64,000 nucleotides of DNA from an uncultured Gemmatimonadaceae bacterium. GTDB lineage: Bacteria > Gemmatimonadota > Gemmatimonadetes > Gemmatimonadales > Gemmatimonadaceae. The DNA lies in NCBI GenBank assembly GCA_963781585.1, contig CAWAGQ010000002.1, positions 1 to 64,000 of the forward strand, written 5' to 3'. The notes beneath the pieces were generated by a model. That model had not been told where the DNA came from. It did no database searches and worked only from the letters and a program-made list of their open reading frames with translations. Position numbers and translations under genes: made by a program. Position 1 is the stretch's first letter. Each line of letters begins with the position of its first letter. Shown piece after piece: positions 52,010-62,022 of this stretch.

Positions 52010-53707
52010 GTGACCCATCCACACCTCGCGCTCGCCCCCGCACTCGCTGCAGTGCTCGCCTGCGGCTCAGGTGCGCCACCGAACACCGGCGCGGGCATCG
52101 CCAGCTCGATCCGGCACCCCGGCACCCAGGCCGAACGCACCAACTACCGCGAGACCTCCACCCACGCCCAGGTCGTCGCGTTCATCGATTCGCTGAAGCT
52201 CCTCGGCCGGCCCATGGTCACCGGCAACATCGGCACCACCTTCGAGGGACGCTCGCTCCCCTACGTCGTGGTCTCGCGCCCGCTCTTCGGCACCCCCGAC
52301 GCCGCGCGCCGATCGGGCCGCCCCATCGTCTACGTCCAGGGCAACATCCACGCGGGCGAAGTCGAGGGAAAGGAAGCGCTGCTCGCGCTTGTCCGGGATC
52401 TCCTCCTCGATCCCCGTCCCAACGTCCTCGACTCGATCGTCCTCATTGCCCAGCCTATCTACAACGCCGACGGCAACGATCACTTCGGTCCCCAGGCCCG
52501 CAACCGCGGCTCGCAGAACGGACCGGAAATGGTCGGCACCCGCGCCAATGCCCAGGGCTACAACCTGAATCGCGACTACATGAAGCTCGACGCGCCCGAG
52601 TCGCGCGGCGCGCTCGCGATGTTCAACGCCTGGGACCCGCACGTTTTTGTCGACCTCCACACCACCGACGGCAGCTACCACGGCTACAACCTCACCTACG
52701 CGCCGTCGCTCAGTCCCGCCGCCGAACTTCCGGGCTTCACCAATGGCGGCCTCTGGGCGCATGACTCGCTGCTGCCCGAGCTCCGCCGCCGCCTCAACGC
52801 GCGCGACCACGTCGCCACCTTCGACTACGGCGACTTCCGAGGCGGCAGCGACTCCGCCAGCGTCGCCCGCGGCTGGTACACCTTCGAGCACCTCCCGCGC
52901 TACGGCACCAACTACTACGGGCTCCGCGGCCGCCTCGGCATCCTGAGCGAAGCGTTCTCCCACGACCCCTTCGAGACGCGCGTGCACGCCACTTACGCGT
53001 TCGTGAAAGAACTGCTCTCGCTGGTGGCCGAGCGCGGCGCGACCATCGTCGCCATGGCGCGACAGTCCGATGCCGCACTTCGTGCCGGGCGCGACATTCC
53101 GTCGATTCCCGTGCGCGCCAGGATGACCACGAATCGGAGCGACGACGTGGTGTACGAGGACCTCGAACCTTCCAGCGATACGACCAACCGCGAGATCGGC
53201 GTGCGGCGTGGCATGCGCCGCACGGGCCGCTACCACACGTTGCGCATCCCCATCTACGACCGCTTCACGCCGACCGTCACCCGACCAGCGCCGTGGGGAT
53301 ATGCGCTCGCGCCCGGTGACACCTCGGCCGTGAATCTCCTCCGTCTGCACGGGATCGCCGTCGAGCGGACCGGTCGGCCGTGGTCCGGCGACGCCGGCCC
53401 CCAGTTCCGGGTCGATTCCACCATCACGGACCCGCGTCCGTTCGAGCCCCAGGCTGCGATTCCACGCCTCGAGGTGCGGCTGGTGGGCCGATGGGAATCG
53501 GGGCAGCCGGTCACGCTCGCTCCCGGCACCTGGATCGTGCGGGTGGCCCAGCCGCTCGGCGTACTCGCGATGTACCTGCTGGAGCCGGAGAGCGACGACG
53601 GGATCGTCGCCTGGGACATCGGCGGCCGATCGAAGGGCGGCCCGGGGACTGCGCCGGTGGTTCGCCTGGCGCAACCCGTTCCGGTCCGGCTGGCGCCGGC
53701 GCGATGA
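52010..53707 (+). CDS. M14-family zinc carboxypeptidase lipoprotein
   Basis: Lipobox VLAC, IHAGEVEGKE, NLNRD and VDLHTT motifs. Confidence 0.88.
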   Translation: MTHPHLALAPALAAVLACGSGAPPNTGAGIASSIRHPGTQAERTNYRETSTHAQVVAFIDSLKLLGRPMVTGNIGTTFEGRSLPYVVVSRPLFGTPDAARRSGRPIVYVQGNIHAGEVEGKEALLALVRDLLLDPRPNVLDSIVLIAQPIYNADGNDHFGPQARNRGSQNGPEMVGTRANAQGYNLNRDYMKLDAPESRGALAMFNAWDPHVFVDLHTTDGSYHGYNLTYAPSLSPAAELPGFTNGGLWAHDSLLPELRRRLNARDHVATFDYGDFRGGSDSASVARGWYTFEHLPRYGTNYYGLRGRLGILSEAFSHDPFETRVHATYAFVKELLSLVAERGATIVAMARQSDAALRAGRDIPSIPVRARMTTNRSDDVVYEDLEPSSDTTNREIGVRRGMRRTGRYHTLRIPIYDRFTPTVTRPAPWGYALAPGDTSAVNLLRLHGIAVERTGRPWSGDAGPQFRVDSTITDPRPFEPQAAIPRLEVRLVGRWESGQPVTLAPGTWIVRVAQPLGVLAMYLLEPESDDGIVAWDIGGRSKGGPGTAPVVRLAQPVPVRLAPAR

Positions 53708-53857
53708 AGCGCCGGAATTCGCGGAATGCGTCGCGGGTGCGGCGCGCCGCCTAACGTGAGTCAGCCGCGGCGCGGCCCAACGCGGGTCAGAGGTGGCGCT
53801 CTGCCTAACGCGCGGCCGTCCCGGTGCGCCCCCGGTCGTTCGTCCGCGATCGGATGG

Positions 53858-55147
53858 CTACTCCGGACGACGCGGCTTGGCGGTCCGTCCCGACCCCGAG
53901 CCCGAAGTGCTCGACGCGCCGCCGCCGGACTGCGATGCCGACCCTCCCGACGACCCCGATTGCGAGGAGCCGGACGCGGTGGATCCGCGAGGGGCAGTGT
54001 AGCCGCGCCCCTTCACCACCCGCCCGTGACGGTCCTGCTCGGAGGTGTTGTCGACTGGACCTTGCTTGACCACAACCACCACCGGCTGGTTTCCGTAATA
54101 CCAGCCGCCGTAGCCGTACCGATACCCGTAGCCGCAGCCGGCTCCATATGGCGCGTAGCCGTATGGCGCGTAGCCGTATGGCGAATAGCCGAATAACGAG
54201 AAGCCAAACGGATCGTAACCCAACGGCTCATAGCAGTCGAAACGGGAGCCCGCGAACGCATTCCCGGCGTAGCCGCGTGTCGTCGGACCGGGCTCCGCAC
54301 TGGCGCTCGGATTGCTCACGACGCTCAACCCCCCAGCCCGTGAGCGGTCCAGCGCGAACACCTTCGGGTAGGAGAGTGCAACCATCACGTCGATCACCGT
54401 CGACGGCACACCAGCCTCCTGCAAGCCGAGGAGCTGCTTCGCGTCGAGCGCGAACCCCTCGCCACGTTCCGCAAGCCACGTCTCGATCACGCCTGCGTCG
54501 AGGAAACGCGATGCCTCCTCGACGTCGTGAGCGGTCAGCGGCGCGGCGGCCGCAATCCTGGCCGCATTCACCGCCAGGGAGCGACCCTGCAACGCCCTAG
54601 CGATCTCCGCTGGGAGAGGGCCGTCGGGAGTCGCCGCTCGGTAGCGTGCCACGCGCACGCCGGTCCCGGTCCCCACGCTCACACCTTCGACCTCGATCCA
54701 CTCACCGGATTGCGACATCGCCATCACGCCGTTCGATTGTCGCGCCAAACCGCCGGTGCAGGTGTAGTTCGATCGCAGGTACACCCGCTCTCCGCCGGAC
54801 GACCACTGCGCCCGGTCCCAACCGGTGCATCCGTCCCTGGACACCTGGCGCTCTTCGCCGGTGGCCTCGACCAGCTGCCGGGTCGCGATACTGTCACCCA
54901 CCACGGTGACGATGTCGACCGACGACGGGCCCGCGGCCGGAATCACGCAGACCCGGGGCGCTCGCATCGTGGCACCCGTCGCCGCCGACGCGGTTGCCAC
55001 CGCTTCCCAGCAGCCAAGCCACGGCTGCCATCGCGGATCGCCGCTGGATTGCGCCCGCGCCGGCGTGGCGTACTGAAGAAACATCACGCCGCCCACCAAT
55101 GCGGTCACGGTCGTGAACCGCCGGGTGATGCTCGCGCGACTGGTCAT
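53858..55147 (-). CDS. Secreted hypothetical protein with Tyr/Gly-rich repeats and Ser/Gly tail
   Basis: Signal peptide ending ARA, WQPWLGCW motif, (GYxPY)x3; start uncertain. Confidence 0.65.
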   Translation of the reverse strand: MTSRASITRRFTTVTALVGGVMFLQYATPARAQSSGDPRWQPWLGCWEAVATASAATGATMRAPRVCVIPAAGPSSVDIVTVVGDSIATRQLVEATGEERQVSRDGCTGWDRAQWSSGGERVYLRSNYTCTGGLARQSNGVMAMSQSGEWIEVEGVSVGTGTGVRVARYRAATPDGPLPAEIARALQGRSLAVNAARIAAAAPLTAHDVEEASRFLDAGVIETWLAERGEGFALDAKQLLGLQEAGVPSTVIDVMVALSYPKVFALDRSRAGGLSVVSNPSASAEPGPTTRGYAGNAFAGSRFDCYEPLGYDPFGFSLFGYSPYGYAPYGYAPYGAGCGYGYRYGYGGWYYGNQPVVVVVKQGPVDNTSEQDRHGRVVKGRGYTAPRGSTASGSSQSGSSGGSASQSGGGASSTSGSGSGRTAKPRRPE

Positions 55148-55160
55148 GATGCCCATCCTG

Positions 55161-56003
55161 TCAGAACCTGACGTAGAGACCGAGAGAACCGTCGTAGCCG
55201 GAGAGATCGATCCGATGGAAACCAGTGAAGTCACGACTCATGCGCGCTCTCGCCAAGGTATAGACAGCCTCACCGGTGAGTCCGAAGCGGGGCCCGAGCG
55301 AAAGGTCCACGCCGGCGAACCCGGTCGCGGCCGGTGTCCACCCGGAGGATTCGAACTTGTCCGGAAATACGGCGAGCGTGCTCATGTCGATAAAATCGCC
55401 CTGCTGCCGGAACCGGTACCACATGGCGCCGGCGCCCACGCCCACGAACGGCGCGAATTGGGCCGGTATCCAGGCAAATTGGCCGACCGATCGGCCGCGA
55501 TCCATGAGGTACAGCTTCGCGCTTGCCGTCACCGGAAGCCGCTCGAGCTTCGTGGTCTGCTCGATGGGCAGGTCGTTGTTGTCCACGAAATCCCGAAACT
55601 CCGACTGCGCACTTCGGCCGGCGTACGACGTGCTGAACACCAGGTCCAGCCGCGGCCGGAGACGGAACGCCAGCTCCGCACCGAATGAGGGGCTGCCGAA
55701 GTCGCCGTGTCCCAATGTCAGCTCGTCCGTGATGAACGAGAAGATGTCGCTCCCCGCCCGCGCCTGCGCGAACCCGCCGTAGAGGCTGAAGCTTCCCACC
55801 GGTTCCTTGAACAGGAAGCCGTTTCCGGTTCCTTGCGCGTTGGTGGGAGCGGCGAGCATGAGAGCGATCGCGATCCCGGCAACATGGCCGACACGATCGA
55901 GCGGAGCCCAGCGCAGACGAGCGACGAACACGCTGTGTACAGACGGGGTCGGCCTCATCGGCCTCTCCAACGTGCGGGTGATCGACTCACCCATTCCTTC
56001 CAT
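55161..56003 (-). CDS. Outer-membrane beta-barrel protein
   Basis: Signal peptide, APFVGVGAG motif, C-terminal YVRF; true start probably downstream of 56003. Confidence 0.75.
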   Translation of the reverse strand: MEGMGESITRTLERPMRPTPSVHSVFVARLRWAPLDRVGHVAGIAIALMLAAPTNAQGTGNGFLFKEPVGSFSLYGGFAQARAGSDIFSFITDELTLGHGDFGSPSFGAELAFRLRPRLDLVFSTSYAGRSAQSEFRDFVDNNDLPIEQTTKLERLPVTASAKLYLMDRGRSVGQFAWIPAQFAPFVGVGAGAMWYRFRQQGDFIDMSTLAVFPDKFESSGWTPAATGFAGVDLSLGPRFGLTGEAVYTLARARMSRDFTGFHRIDLSGYDGSLGLYVRF

Positions 56004-56334
56004 GTGCTAGCATACCACGACGGGGCGGGCATCGGAAGCGAGAGCGTTGCTCGGCACTGGTAGGTGACAGTACCCGCCGCTCCCGAGAGGATCCGCCTTC
56101 TCTTCGCTACTGATTTTCGTGAGTGACGCGCTCGACCCGGGGCGGCGGGCTCCGTAGGTTAACCGCATGGGGGATCGTGCATAACAGCCCTGCAAGACTG
56201 CCTGGCGGGAGACACGTCTTCGGCGACGAAGCGGACGGGGTCACCGCCGTTCTCGAAGGCGCCAGTAGAAGGGTGCGTGACCGGGCGCCTGGCCAATACC
56301 GCATTCCGGGCCGGCGGTCCGACCCGGAAGGCCA

Positions 56335-57276
56335 ATGATCCGGCGCGCCCTTCTCGCCCTCTCCACCCATCCGCGGCTCTTCCGCTACGTGCGCGAGAGC
56401 AGGCTCGCCCGCCGCCTGTCGCTCCGCTTCGTGGCCGGCGAGACGGTCGACGATGCCGTCGCCGCGGTTCGCACACTGAACCAGCGCGGCATCGCCGCCT
56501 CGATGGACCAGCTCGGAGAGAGTGTGGCGAGTGCCCAGGCCGCGCGCACCACCGGCAAACAGTACTCCGCGCTCCTCGAACGCATCGCCACCGAGCGCCT
56601 CGCGGCCAACGTCTCCATCAAGCTCACCGCCCTCGGCCTGGACATCGACGAGGAGCTGTGTGTGACGAACGTGCAGGAGATCCTGGGCCGCGCGCGCGAC
56701 CTTGGCGCGTTCGTGCGCATCGATATGGAGGGCTCGGCGTACACCGAGCGCACCATCACGCTTTTTCACGAGTGCTTCTATCCCGCCTTCCCCGACAATG
56801 TCGGGATGGTGCTGCAGAGCTATCTCTATCGCACGGCCGACGACGTCGAGGGCGCGATCGCGCGTGGGTGCCGGGTGCGGCTCTGCAAGGGCGCGTACCG
56901 CGAGCCGGCGTCGGTGGCCTATCCGCGCAAGCCCGACGTGGACGCGAACTACGTGCGCTGCATGCAGCGCCTGCTGCGCGCTGGCAACTATCCGGGCATC
57001 GCGACCCATGACGAGCGGATCATCAACGAGGCGATTCGGCTGGCGCGCACCGGGGCGATCGTTCCCGAGCGATTCGAGTTCCAGATGCTCTACGGGGTGC
57101 GGCGCGATCTGCAGGAGCGCCTGGTACGCGAAGGGTGGCGGATGCGGGTGTACGTGCCGTTCGGGAGCTACTGGTATCCGTACCTCATGCGCCGTCTCGC
57201 CGAACGTCCCGCGAACGTCTTCTTCATCGTCGGCAACCTGGCGCGCGAGCGCATGCAGGGGCGAAAGGGGCCGTGA
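56335..57276 (+). CDS. Monofunctional proline dehydrogenase
   Basis: RFVAGET, SIKLT, RIDME, VRLCKGAY, IATHD, FQMLYG and YVPFG...YLMRRLAERPAN motifs. Confidence 0.93.
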   Translation: MIRRALLALSTHPRLFRYVRESRLARRLSLRFVAGETVDDAVAAVRTLNQRGIAASMDQLGESVASAQAARTTGKQYSALLERIATERLAANVSIKLTALGLDIDEELCVTNVQEILGRARDLGAFVRIDMEGSAYTERTITLFHECFYPAFPDNVGMVLQSYLYRTADDVEGAIARGCRVRLCKGAYREPASVAYPRKPDVDANYVRCMQRLLRAGNYPGIATHDERIINEAIRLARTGAIVPERFEFQMLYGVRRDLQERLVREGWRMRVYVPFGSYWYPYLMRRLAERPANVFFIVGNLARERMQGRKGP

Positions 57277-57473
57277 TCGGGAGAGGATCGCTCAGTGGGA
57301 GTTCACTGCCAACCGTAAGGCACTGGCGATTTCCCGTTTGCTGTTTGCCGTCCTCGGGCTGCCGCCAGCTTTACTTGTGAGCTGCCATCTGTTCACCGTT
57401 CGCTGGTAACGATGCCCGGCCAATTCCTCCCCCCGACCACTCGGCTGGCGACGCCAACACCATCGGCGGCTAC

Positions 57474-57839
57474 ATGGCCGTCCATGGACGCCCCGCGGCG
57501 TTCGAGGGATCAGACGGCATGTCGTACAGCGTGGCCATCGAGACGGCGCGCAACGATGACCAGGAGCAGCCGTGGGGAGCGTATTTCCTCTTCCTCCGGT
57601 GGCGGCGCATCGGCCCCCAGGGGGTGGAGGGACACCTCGAGACTGATTTTCTCGCGTTCGGCCAATCGGCCGACGCGGCCTCAGCCGCGTTAGGCGCGAT
57701 GCCGCTCAACAGCGTGCACGAGGAACTGGAGCGGCTCATCGCGGCGCGGCGGCCGTCCCCGGAGCGACGCTGGTGGGATGCCATGCGGGATGAAGGCGAC
57801 GAGGAAGGCGCGCCGGAGCAACCGGACACGCCGCAATGA
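57474..57839 (+). CDS. Conserved hypothetical protein
   Basis: HGRPAAFEGSDG..YSV and GHLETDFL; ATGA-coupled to rsgA. Confidence 0.6.
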   Translation: MAVHGRPAAFEGSDGMSYSVAIETARNDDQEQPWGAYFLFLRWRRIGPQGVEGHLETDFLAFGQSADAASAALGAMPLNSVHEELERLIAARRPSPERRWWDAMRDEGDEEGAPEQPDTPQ

Positions 57840-58792
57840 CGCCTGCAGCCCACGGCGACCCGAAGTCCGGAATCGCCGGAGTGCACGGACGCGTACTCCG
57901 TGGCACCGGAGGTATCTGGCACGTCCGCGGGGCCGACGGCTCGATCTACGAGGCCGCGCTGAAGGGTGGCGTGAAGCACGCCAGCGTCAGAAAGCTCGCG
58001 GTCGGCGACGAGGTCATTCTGCACGGTGAACGCGCGGGCGGTGTGAGCGCCATCGCCGAGATCCTCCCGCGGCGCTCACAGCTCGCGCGCCGCACTCCCG
58101 GAGGCGGCTATGGCGAACGCGTGGTGGTGGCCAACATCGACCAGGTGGTGGTGGTGTTCGCGATGCGGAAGCCGGAACCGCATCCACGCATGCTCGATCG
58201 CTTCCTGGTCATCGCGGAAGCCAACGACCTGCCGGCCCGTATCGTGATCAACAAGGTGGACCTGGCCGGGCTCGAGGACGCGCAGGAACGCTTCGGCTTC
58301 TACTCGACCATCGGCTATCCGGTGCACTACACGAGCGCCAAGTCCGGGCATGGGCTTGCTGAGCTGCACGAGGCGCTGCTCGGGAAGACTTCGGCGCTCA
58401 CCGGCCCGTCGGGTGTGGGGAAGTCGTCGCTCCTGAACGCGATGTACCCGGGCCTCAACCTGCGCGTGGGAGAGATCAGCGAATCCGTGAACAAGGGACG
58501 ACACACCACCGTGGGCGCCTCGATGCATCCGCTCCCGGACGCGGGGTTCGTGGTCGATACCCCCGGCCTGCGCGAGATCGGACTCTGGGGACTCCGGGCG
58601 GACGCGCTGGACGAGTGCTTCCCGGAGATGCGTGAGCGACGTGCCACCTGTCACTTCGCCAACTGCCGTCATCTCACGGAGCCTGGATGCGCCGTGCGCG
58701 GTGCCGTCGAAGCCGGCGAAGTGAGCGGGGAGCGCTATGCCTCATACACGACGCTGATGGAGGAAGTGCGGGAGGCCGAGGGGATGCGGTAA
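57836..58792 (+). CDS. rsgA: Ribosome small subunit-dependent GTPase A
   Basis: NKVDL, GPSGVGKSSLLN, GRHTT, DTPG and C-terminal CHFANCRHLTEPGC Zn site. Confidence 0.95.
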   Translation: MTPAAHGDPKSGIAGVHGRVLRGTGGIWHVRGADGSIYEAALKGGVKHASVRKLAVGDEVILHGERAGGVSAIAEILPRRSQLARRTPGGGYGERVVVANIDQVVVVFAMRKPEPHPRMLDRFLVIAEANDLPARIVINKVDLAGLEDAQERFGFYSTIGYPVHYTSAKSGHGLAELHEALLGKTSALTGPSGVGKSSLLNAMYPGLNLRVGEISESVNKGRHTTVGASMHPLPDAGFVVDTPGLREIGLWGLRADALDECFPEMRERRATCHFANCRHLTEPGCAVRGAVEAGEVSGERYASYTTLMEEVREAEGMR

Positions 58793-58867
58793 CGGGAGCG
58801 CCCGCCTCGAGCGGGGAATCCCTCGCTCCCTCCCGTCGCTGGACGCGCGGCGATGGAGCCTCGGACG

Positions 58868-59503
58868 TCAGGGAGACAGTCGCTCGATCACCCACCGATC
58901 GCCGTCACGCCGATATCGCACCCGATCGTGCAGGCGGCTCGGCCGCCCCTGCCAGAACTCCAGCTCGTCAGGCGCGAGGCGGAACCCGCCCCAGTGCGGC
59001 GGGAGCGGCACGTCGCCGCCGGGGAATCTCGCGGCGACCTCTGCCACCTGTGCCTCCAGCCACCCGCGTGCCGGGATCACCGCGCTCTGGATCGACGCCC
59101 AGGCGCCCATCCGCGCGCCTAACGGGCGCGACTGGAAGTACGTCGCTGATTCGGTGGAACTGATCCTGGTCACCGTGCCCTCGATGCGCACCTGCCGTTC
59201 GATCTCCTTCCAGAAGAACACCAGCGCGGCCCGGGGATTCGTCTCGAGCTCCGCCGACTTGCGGCTGCGATAGTCGGTGTAGAACACGAAACCATCCTGC
59301 CCCACGTCCTTGAGCAGGACGATCCGCGCCGACGGCTGCCCGTCGGCCGTGCTGGTCGCCAGCGTCATCGCGTTCGGGTCGACCAGCTCGGCGGCCTGCG
59401 CCTGCGCGAACCAGTGGCGGAACTGCGTGATGGGGTCGGGATCGACGTCGGCCACGTCGAGCGACGCCATCGCGTATTCGCGGCGCAGATCGGGAGGGGA
59501 CAT
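58868..59503 (-). CDS. pdxH: Pyridoxine/pyridoxamine 5'-phosphate oxidase
   Basis: LRREY, AMTLAT, RIVLLK, RQVRIEG and [13 protein letters not shown] motifs. Confidence 0.95.
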   Translation of the reverse strand: MSPPDLRREYAMASLDVADVDPDPITQFRHWFAQAQAAELVDPNAMTLATSTADGQPSARIVLLKDVGQDGFVFYTDYRSRKSAELETNPRAALVFFWKEIERQVRIEGTVTRISSTESATYFQSRPLGARMGAWASIQSAVIPARGWLEAQVAEVAARFPGGDVPLPPHWGGFRLAPDELEFWQGRPSRLHDRVRYRRDGDRWVIERLSP

Positions 59504-59612
59504 GGAGGGCAGGGGGAATTGAGAACGGCGCTGGAAAATAGCAGCCAACAGCTGACAGGTGACAACTACCAGTGGACAAACTCCGCCGATCTCGACCTCC
59601 GACGTATAGCCC

Positions 59613-59654
59613 ATGGCCTATGACCTATGGCCTATGACCTATGGCCTATGACCC
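59613..59654. repeat. Heptamer tandem repeat (TATGRCC) between divergent genes
   Basis: About 6 alternating TATGGCC/TATGACC units. Confidence 0.85.
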
Positions 59655-59715
59655 GTACTGAATTATTTTCTTCCGGGAACCCACCACCATCCACCTGGCT
59701 TCGTGCGAGAGGGGA

Positions 59716-60318
59716 ATGGCGAACAGCGCCGAAGACAAGAAGAAGAAAGACGAGAGCTTCGCGCGTGAGGCACTCCCCTGGATGGACGACGTCTACCGGT
59801 TCGCGCTGTCCCTGACGCGCGACGCCTCGGACGCCGAGGACACCGTACAGGAGACGTACCTGCGGGCCTACCGCTCGTGGCACACGTTTCAGTCGGGGAG
59901 CGACTGCCGGAGGTGGCTGTTCACGATCTGTCGGAATGCCTTCTTGCGCTCACGGGAGCGCCAACGGTTCGAGGTGGACGCCGAGGATGGTGACGCCGAA
60001 GCCGTGGCCGCAGTGCGGGTGCGTCAACAGATGATGGATGACGGGACCGACCGGCTGCTCGCCAGGCTCGACCTCGGCCCCGCGCTGTCGAAAGCGCTTG
60101 CCGAGCTGGACGAACCGTTCCGCTCCGCGGTGGTCCTCGTAGACGTGGAGGATCAATCGTACGAACACGCATCCGAAGTCCTCGGCGTGCCCATCGGGAC
60201 CGTGCGCTCCCGGCTGTTTCGTGGGCGGCGCCAGCTGCAGGAAAAGCTCGTGCGCTACGCGCGCGATGCCGGTTTCGTCACTGCGGGCGACGCATCGAAG
60301 GCGGTGACCGATGACTGA
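59716..60318 (+). CDS. ECF sigma factor (SigH/SigR-like)
   Basis: DAEDTVQETYLRAYRSW and GVPIGTVRSRLFRGR motifs. Confidence 0.9.
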   Translation: MANSAEDKKKKDESFAREALPWMDDVYRFALSLTRDASDAEDTVQETYLRAYRSWHTFQSGSDCRRWLFTICRNAFLRSRERQRFEVDAEDGDAEAVAAVRVRQQMMDDGTDRLLARLDLGPALSKALAELDEPFRSAVVLVDVEDQSYEHASEVLGVPIGTVRSRLFRGRRQLQEKLVRYARDAGFVTAGDASKAVTDD

Positions 60319-60568
60319 CGAAGTCCCCGACATCGACTGCCCCACGGCGCTCCGCCAGCTCTGGGACTACCTGGACGAGGAACTGACCGAGGACCGGATG
60401 GCGATGATGCGCCAGCATATGGCGAAATGCCGACGCTGCCTGCCGCACCACGACTTCGACAAACAGTTCCTCGCGGCCGTCCGCGCCACCCGCCGGGAAC
60501 AGCTGATGCCCCCCGAAGTCAAAGCGCGGGTGATGGAGCTCCTGGCCGAAGCCGGATACGCTGGTTAG
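60311..60568 (+). CDS. Zinc-binding anti-sigma factor (zf-HC2, RsrA-like)
   Basis: C...LWDYLDEEL...HMAKCRRC (HxxxCxxC). Confidence 0.88.
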   Translation: MTDEVPDIDCPTALRQLWDYLDEELTEDRMAMMRQHMAKCRRCLPHHDFDKQFLAAVRATRREQLMPPEVKARVMELLAEAGYAG

Positions 60569-60616
60569 GCGCGATCGGTCGACCGCGAGGAGCGTCGCGA
60601 TCGGTTGTCCGGGTGC

Positions 60617-61013
60617 TCAGCCTGGCGCCTCGAATCCGCCCTCGCGCAGCAGCACGCGGTCGAAGGTGTGGACCGACTCGCATCCCCGCGCCAGGCTCTC
60701 CTCGCGAATGAGATAGTCGGCGAAGTCCCCTTTCCCGGCCGCAAACGCCTCGAGCGCACGCACCAGCTGCTCGGGTGCGCCGAACGCAAGGTGCTTTGCG
60801 CGCATCAGCTCACGCAGGAGCGAGAGAATCTGGGCCTTGGGGACGCGATAGCTGGCCGACAACACCCAGACGAGCTCGCAGATCACGATGCTGGAGACGA
60901 AGAGATCCTCCCGCGCGGCAATCGCGCGGTCGACGACGCGCCGCCGCCGCCGACTGGCGCTCGTCGTCCTCCACGAGGAATCGAACCAGCACGTTGGTGT
61001 CGAGTCCGATCAC
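60617..61013 (-). CDS. vapC: PIN-domain VapC toxin, apparent frameshift near 60940
   Basis: MIGLDTNVLVRFL in one frame; ELVWVL...DFADYLI...TFDR in the next. Confidence 0.85.
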
Positions 61014-61246
61014 CGACGCGACCCCGCCTTGCGCACGGCCTCATTCATGTCGTCCACGGTCACGTTCCTGATCGCTGGCTTGACGAGCCCCCGCAATGCC
61101 CGGAGGTCCACATTCTCAGCCTCCACCGTCACGACGCCGTCACCCCGAATGTGGAACGCCAGCCGGTCGCCGGGATGCACGCCCAAGGCTTCCCGGACCC
61201 GCATCGGCACCGTGATCTGACCCTTGCTGGTAAGTTTCGCGGCCAT
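61010..61246 (-). CDS. AbrB/MazE/SpoVT-family antitoxin
   Basis: KLTSKGQITVP..VREALGV.PGD motif; upstream TTACC-GAT-GGTAA palindrome at 61270-61282. Confidence 0.88.
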   Translation of the reverse strand: MAAKLTSKGQITVPMRVREALGVHPGDRLAFHIRGDGVVTVEAENVDLRALRGLVKPAIRNVTVDDMNEAVRKAGSRR

Positions 61247-61349
61247 TTCCTTACTCAGTGAATAGTTCCTTACCGATGGTAATGCGCCTTCCGCGTCGAC
61301 GCAAGACTCTCGCCGGAGAATCCCCCGACCCGGCCCCCTCATTCCCTCA

Positions 61350-61378
61350 TTGACATAGGGGGGAGGGGTATCTAGTCT
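61350..61378 (+). promoter_or_regulatory. Sigma70 promoter with CsoR-like G-tract operator for the copper operon
   Basis: TTGACA-17 bp-TAGTCT, with spacer TAGGGGGGAGGGGTATC. Confidence 0.7.
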
Positions 61379-61435
61379 GCGCTTCGGAGCGTGGGGATAG
61401 TGTGTCCCCAGCGGGACCATTCGGAGGGAAGCCAC

Positions 61436-61648
61436 ATGAAGCGCGTCAATCTCGCCATCACCGGCATGCATTGTGGCCACTGCGTCCACGCCGTGCGCGA
61501 AGCCCTGGCGGCGGTGCCGGGCGTGCAGGTGGAACAGGTGGAGATCGGGTCGGCCAGCGTGTCGCTGAGCGACGACTCGGCCGGCGTCACTCCGCTGATC
61601 GACGCCGTCTATGAGGCCGGCTACGAAGCGGAGGAAGCGCTGCGATGA
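61436..61648 (+). CDS. copZ: Copper chaperone (HMA domain)
   Basis: GMHCGHC and AGY motifs. Confidence 0.88.
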   Translation: MKRVNLAITGMHCGHCVHAVREALAAVPGVQVEQVEIGSASVSLSDDSAGVTPLIDAVYEAGYEAEEALR

Positions 61649-62022
61649 CGGCCGCGGACTGGTTCGTCGTGCTAGGCGGCCTGGCGGCCATCGGCGCGGT
61701 GAACTGGTGGTTCTTCGTCGCTGGCCGACACGCCGTGGCCGCGAGCGAGCTCGCCTCGGGACTGCAGCAGGTGACCATCACCGTCCGCGGTGGCTATGAA
61801 CCCAGGCGTGTCTACCTGCGGGCGGGACGGCCGGCCAGGCTCGTCTTCGACCGTCAGGAGCGCGCCGGTTGTTCGGAGGAGGTCGTCTTTCCCGCGTTCG
61901 GGCTGCGCCGGTTTCTCCCGCCATTCGAGAAGACGACGATCGACCTCGAGCCGACAGCCCCGGGACGCTACGAGTTCACCTGCGGCATGAGCATGCTGCG
62001 CGGAACGTTGGAGGTCGAGTGA
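61645..62022 (+). CDS. Membrane-anchored cupredoxin-domain protein (CupA-like)
   Basis: TM helix, GGYEP, CSEEV and [10 protein letters not shown] motifs. Confidence 0.85.
   Translation: MTAADWFVVLGGLAAIGAVNWWFFVAGRHAVAASELASGLQQVTITVRGGYEPRRVYLRAGRPARLVFDRQERAGCSEEVVFPAFGLRRFLPPFEKTTIDLEPTAPGRYEFTCGMSMLRGTLEVE

Noticed and set aside
52067..53674. Long antisense ORFs (also 18584-20323, 3209-4585, 61968-63224)
   Set aside because: These are shadow frames of well-supported genes in high-GC DNA, with no motifs.
56238..56282. c-di-GMP-I riboswitch (minus strand begins GGTCACGCAC)
   Set aside because: The conserved GCAAA elements and the second stem are absent.
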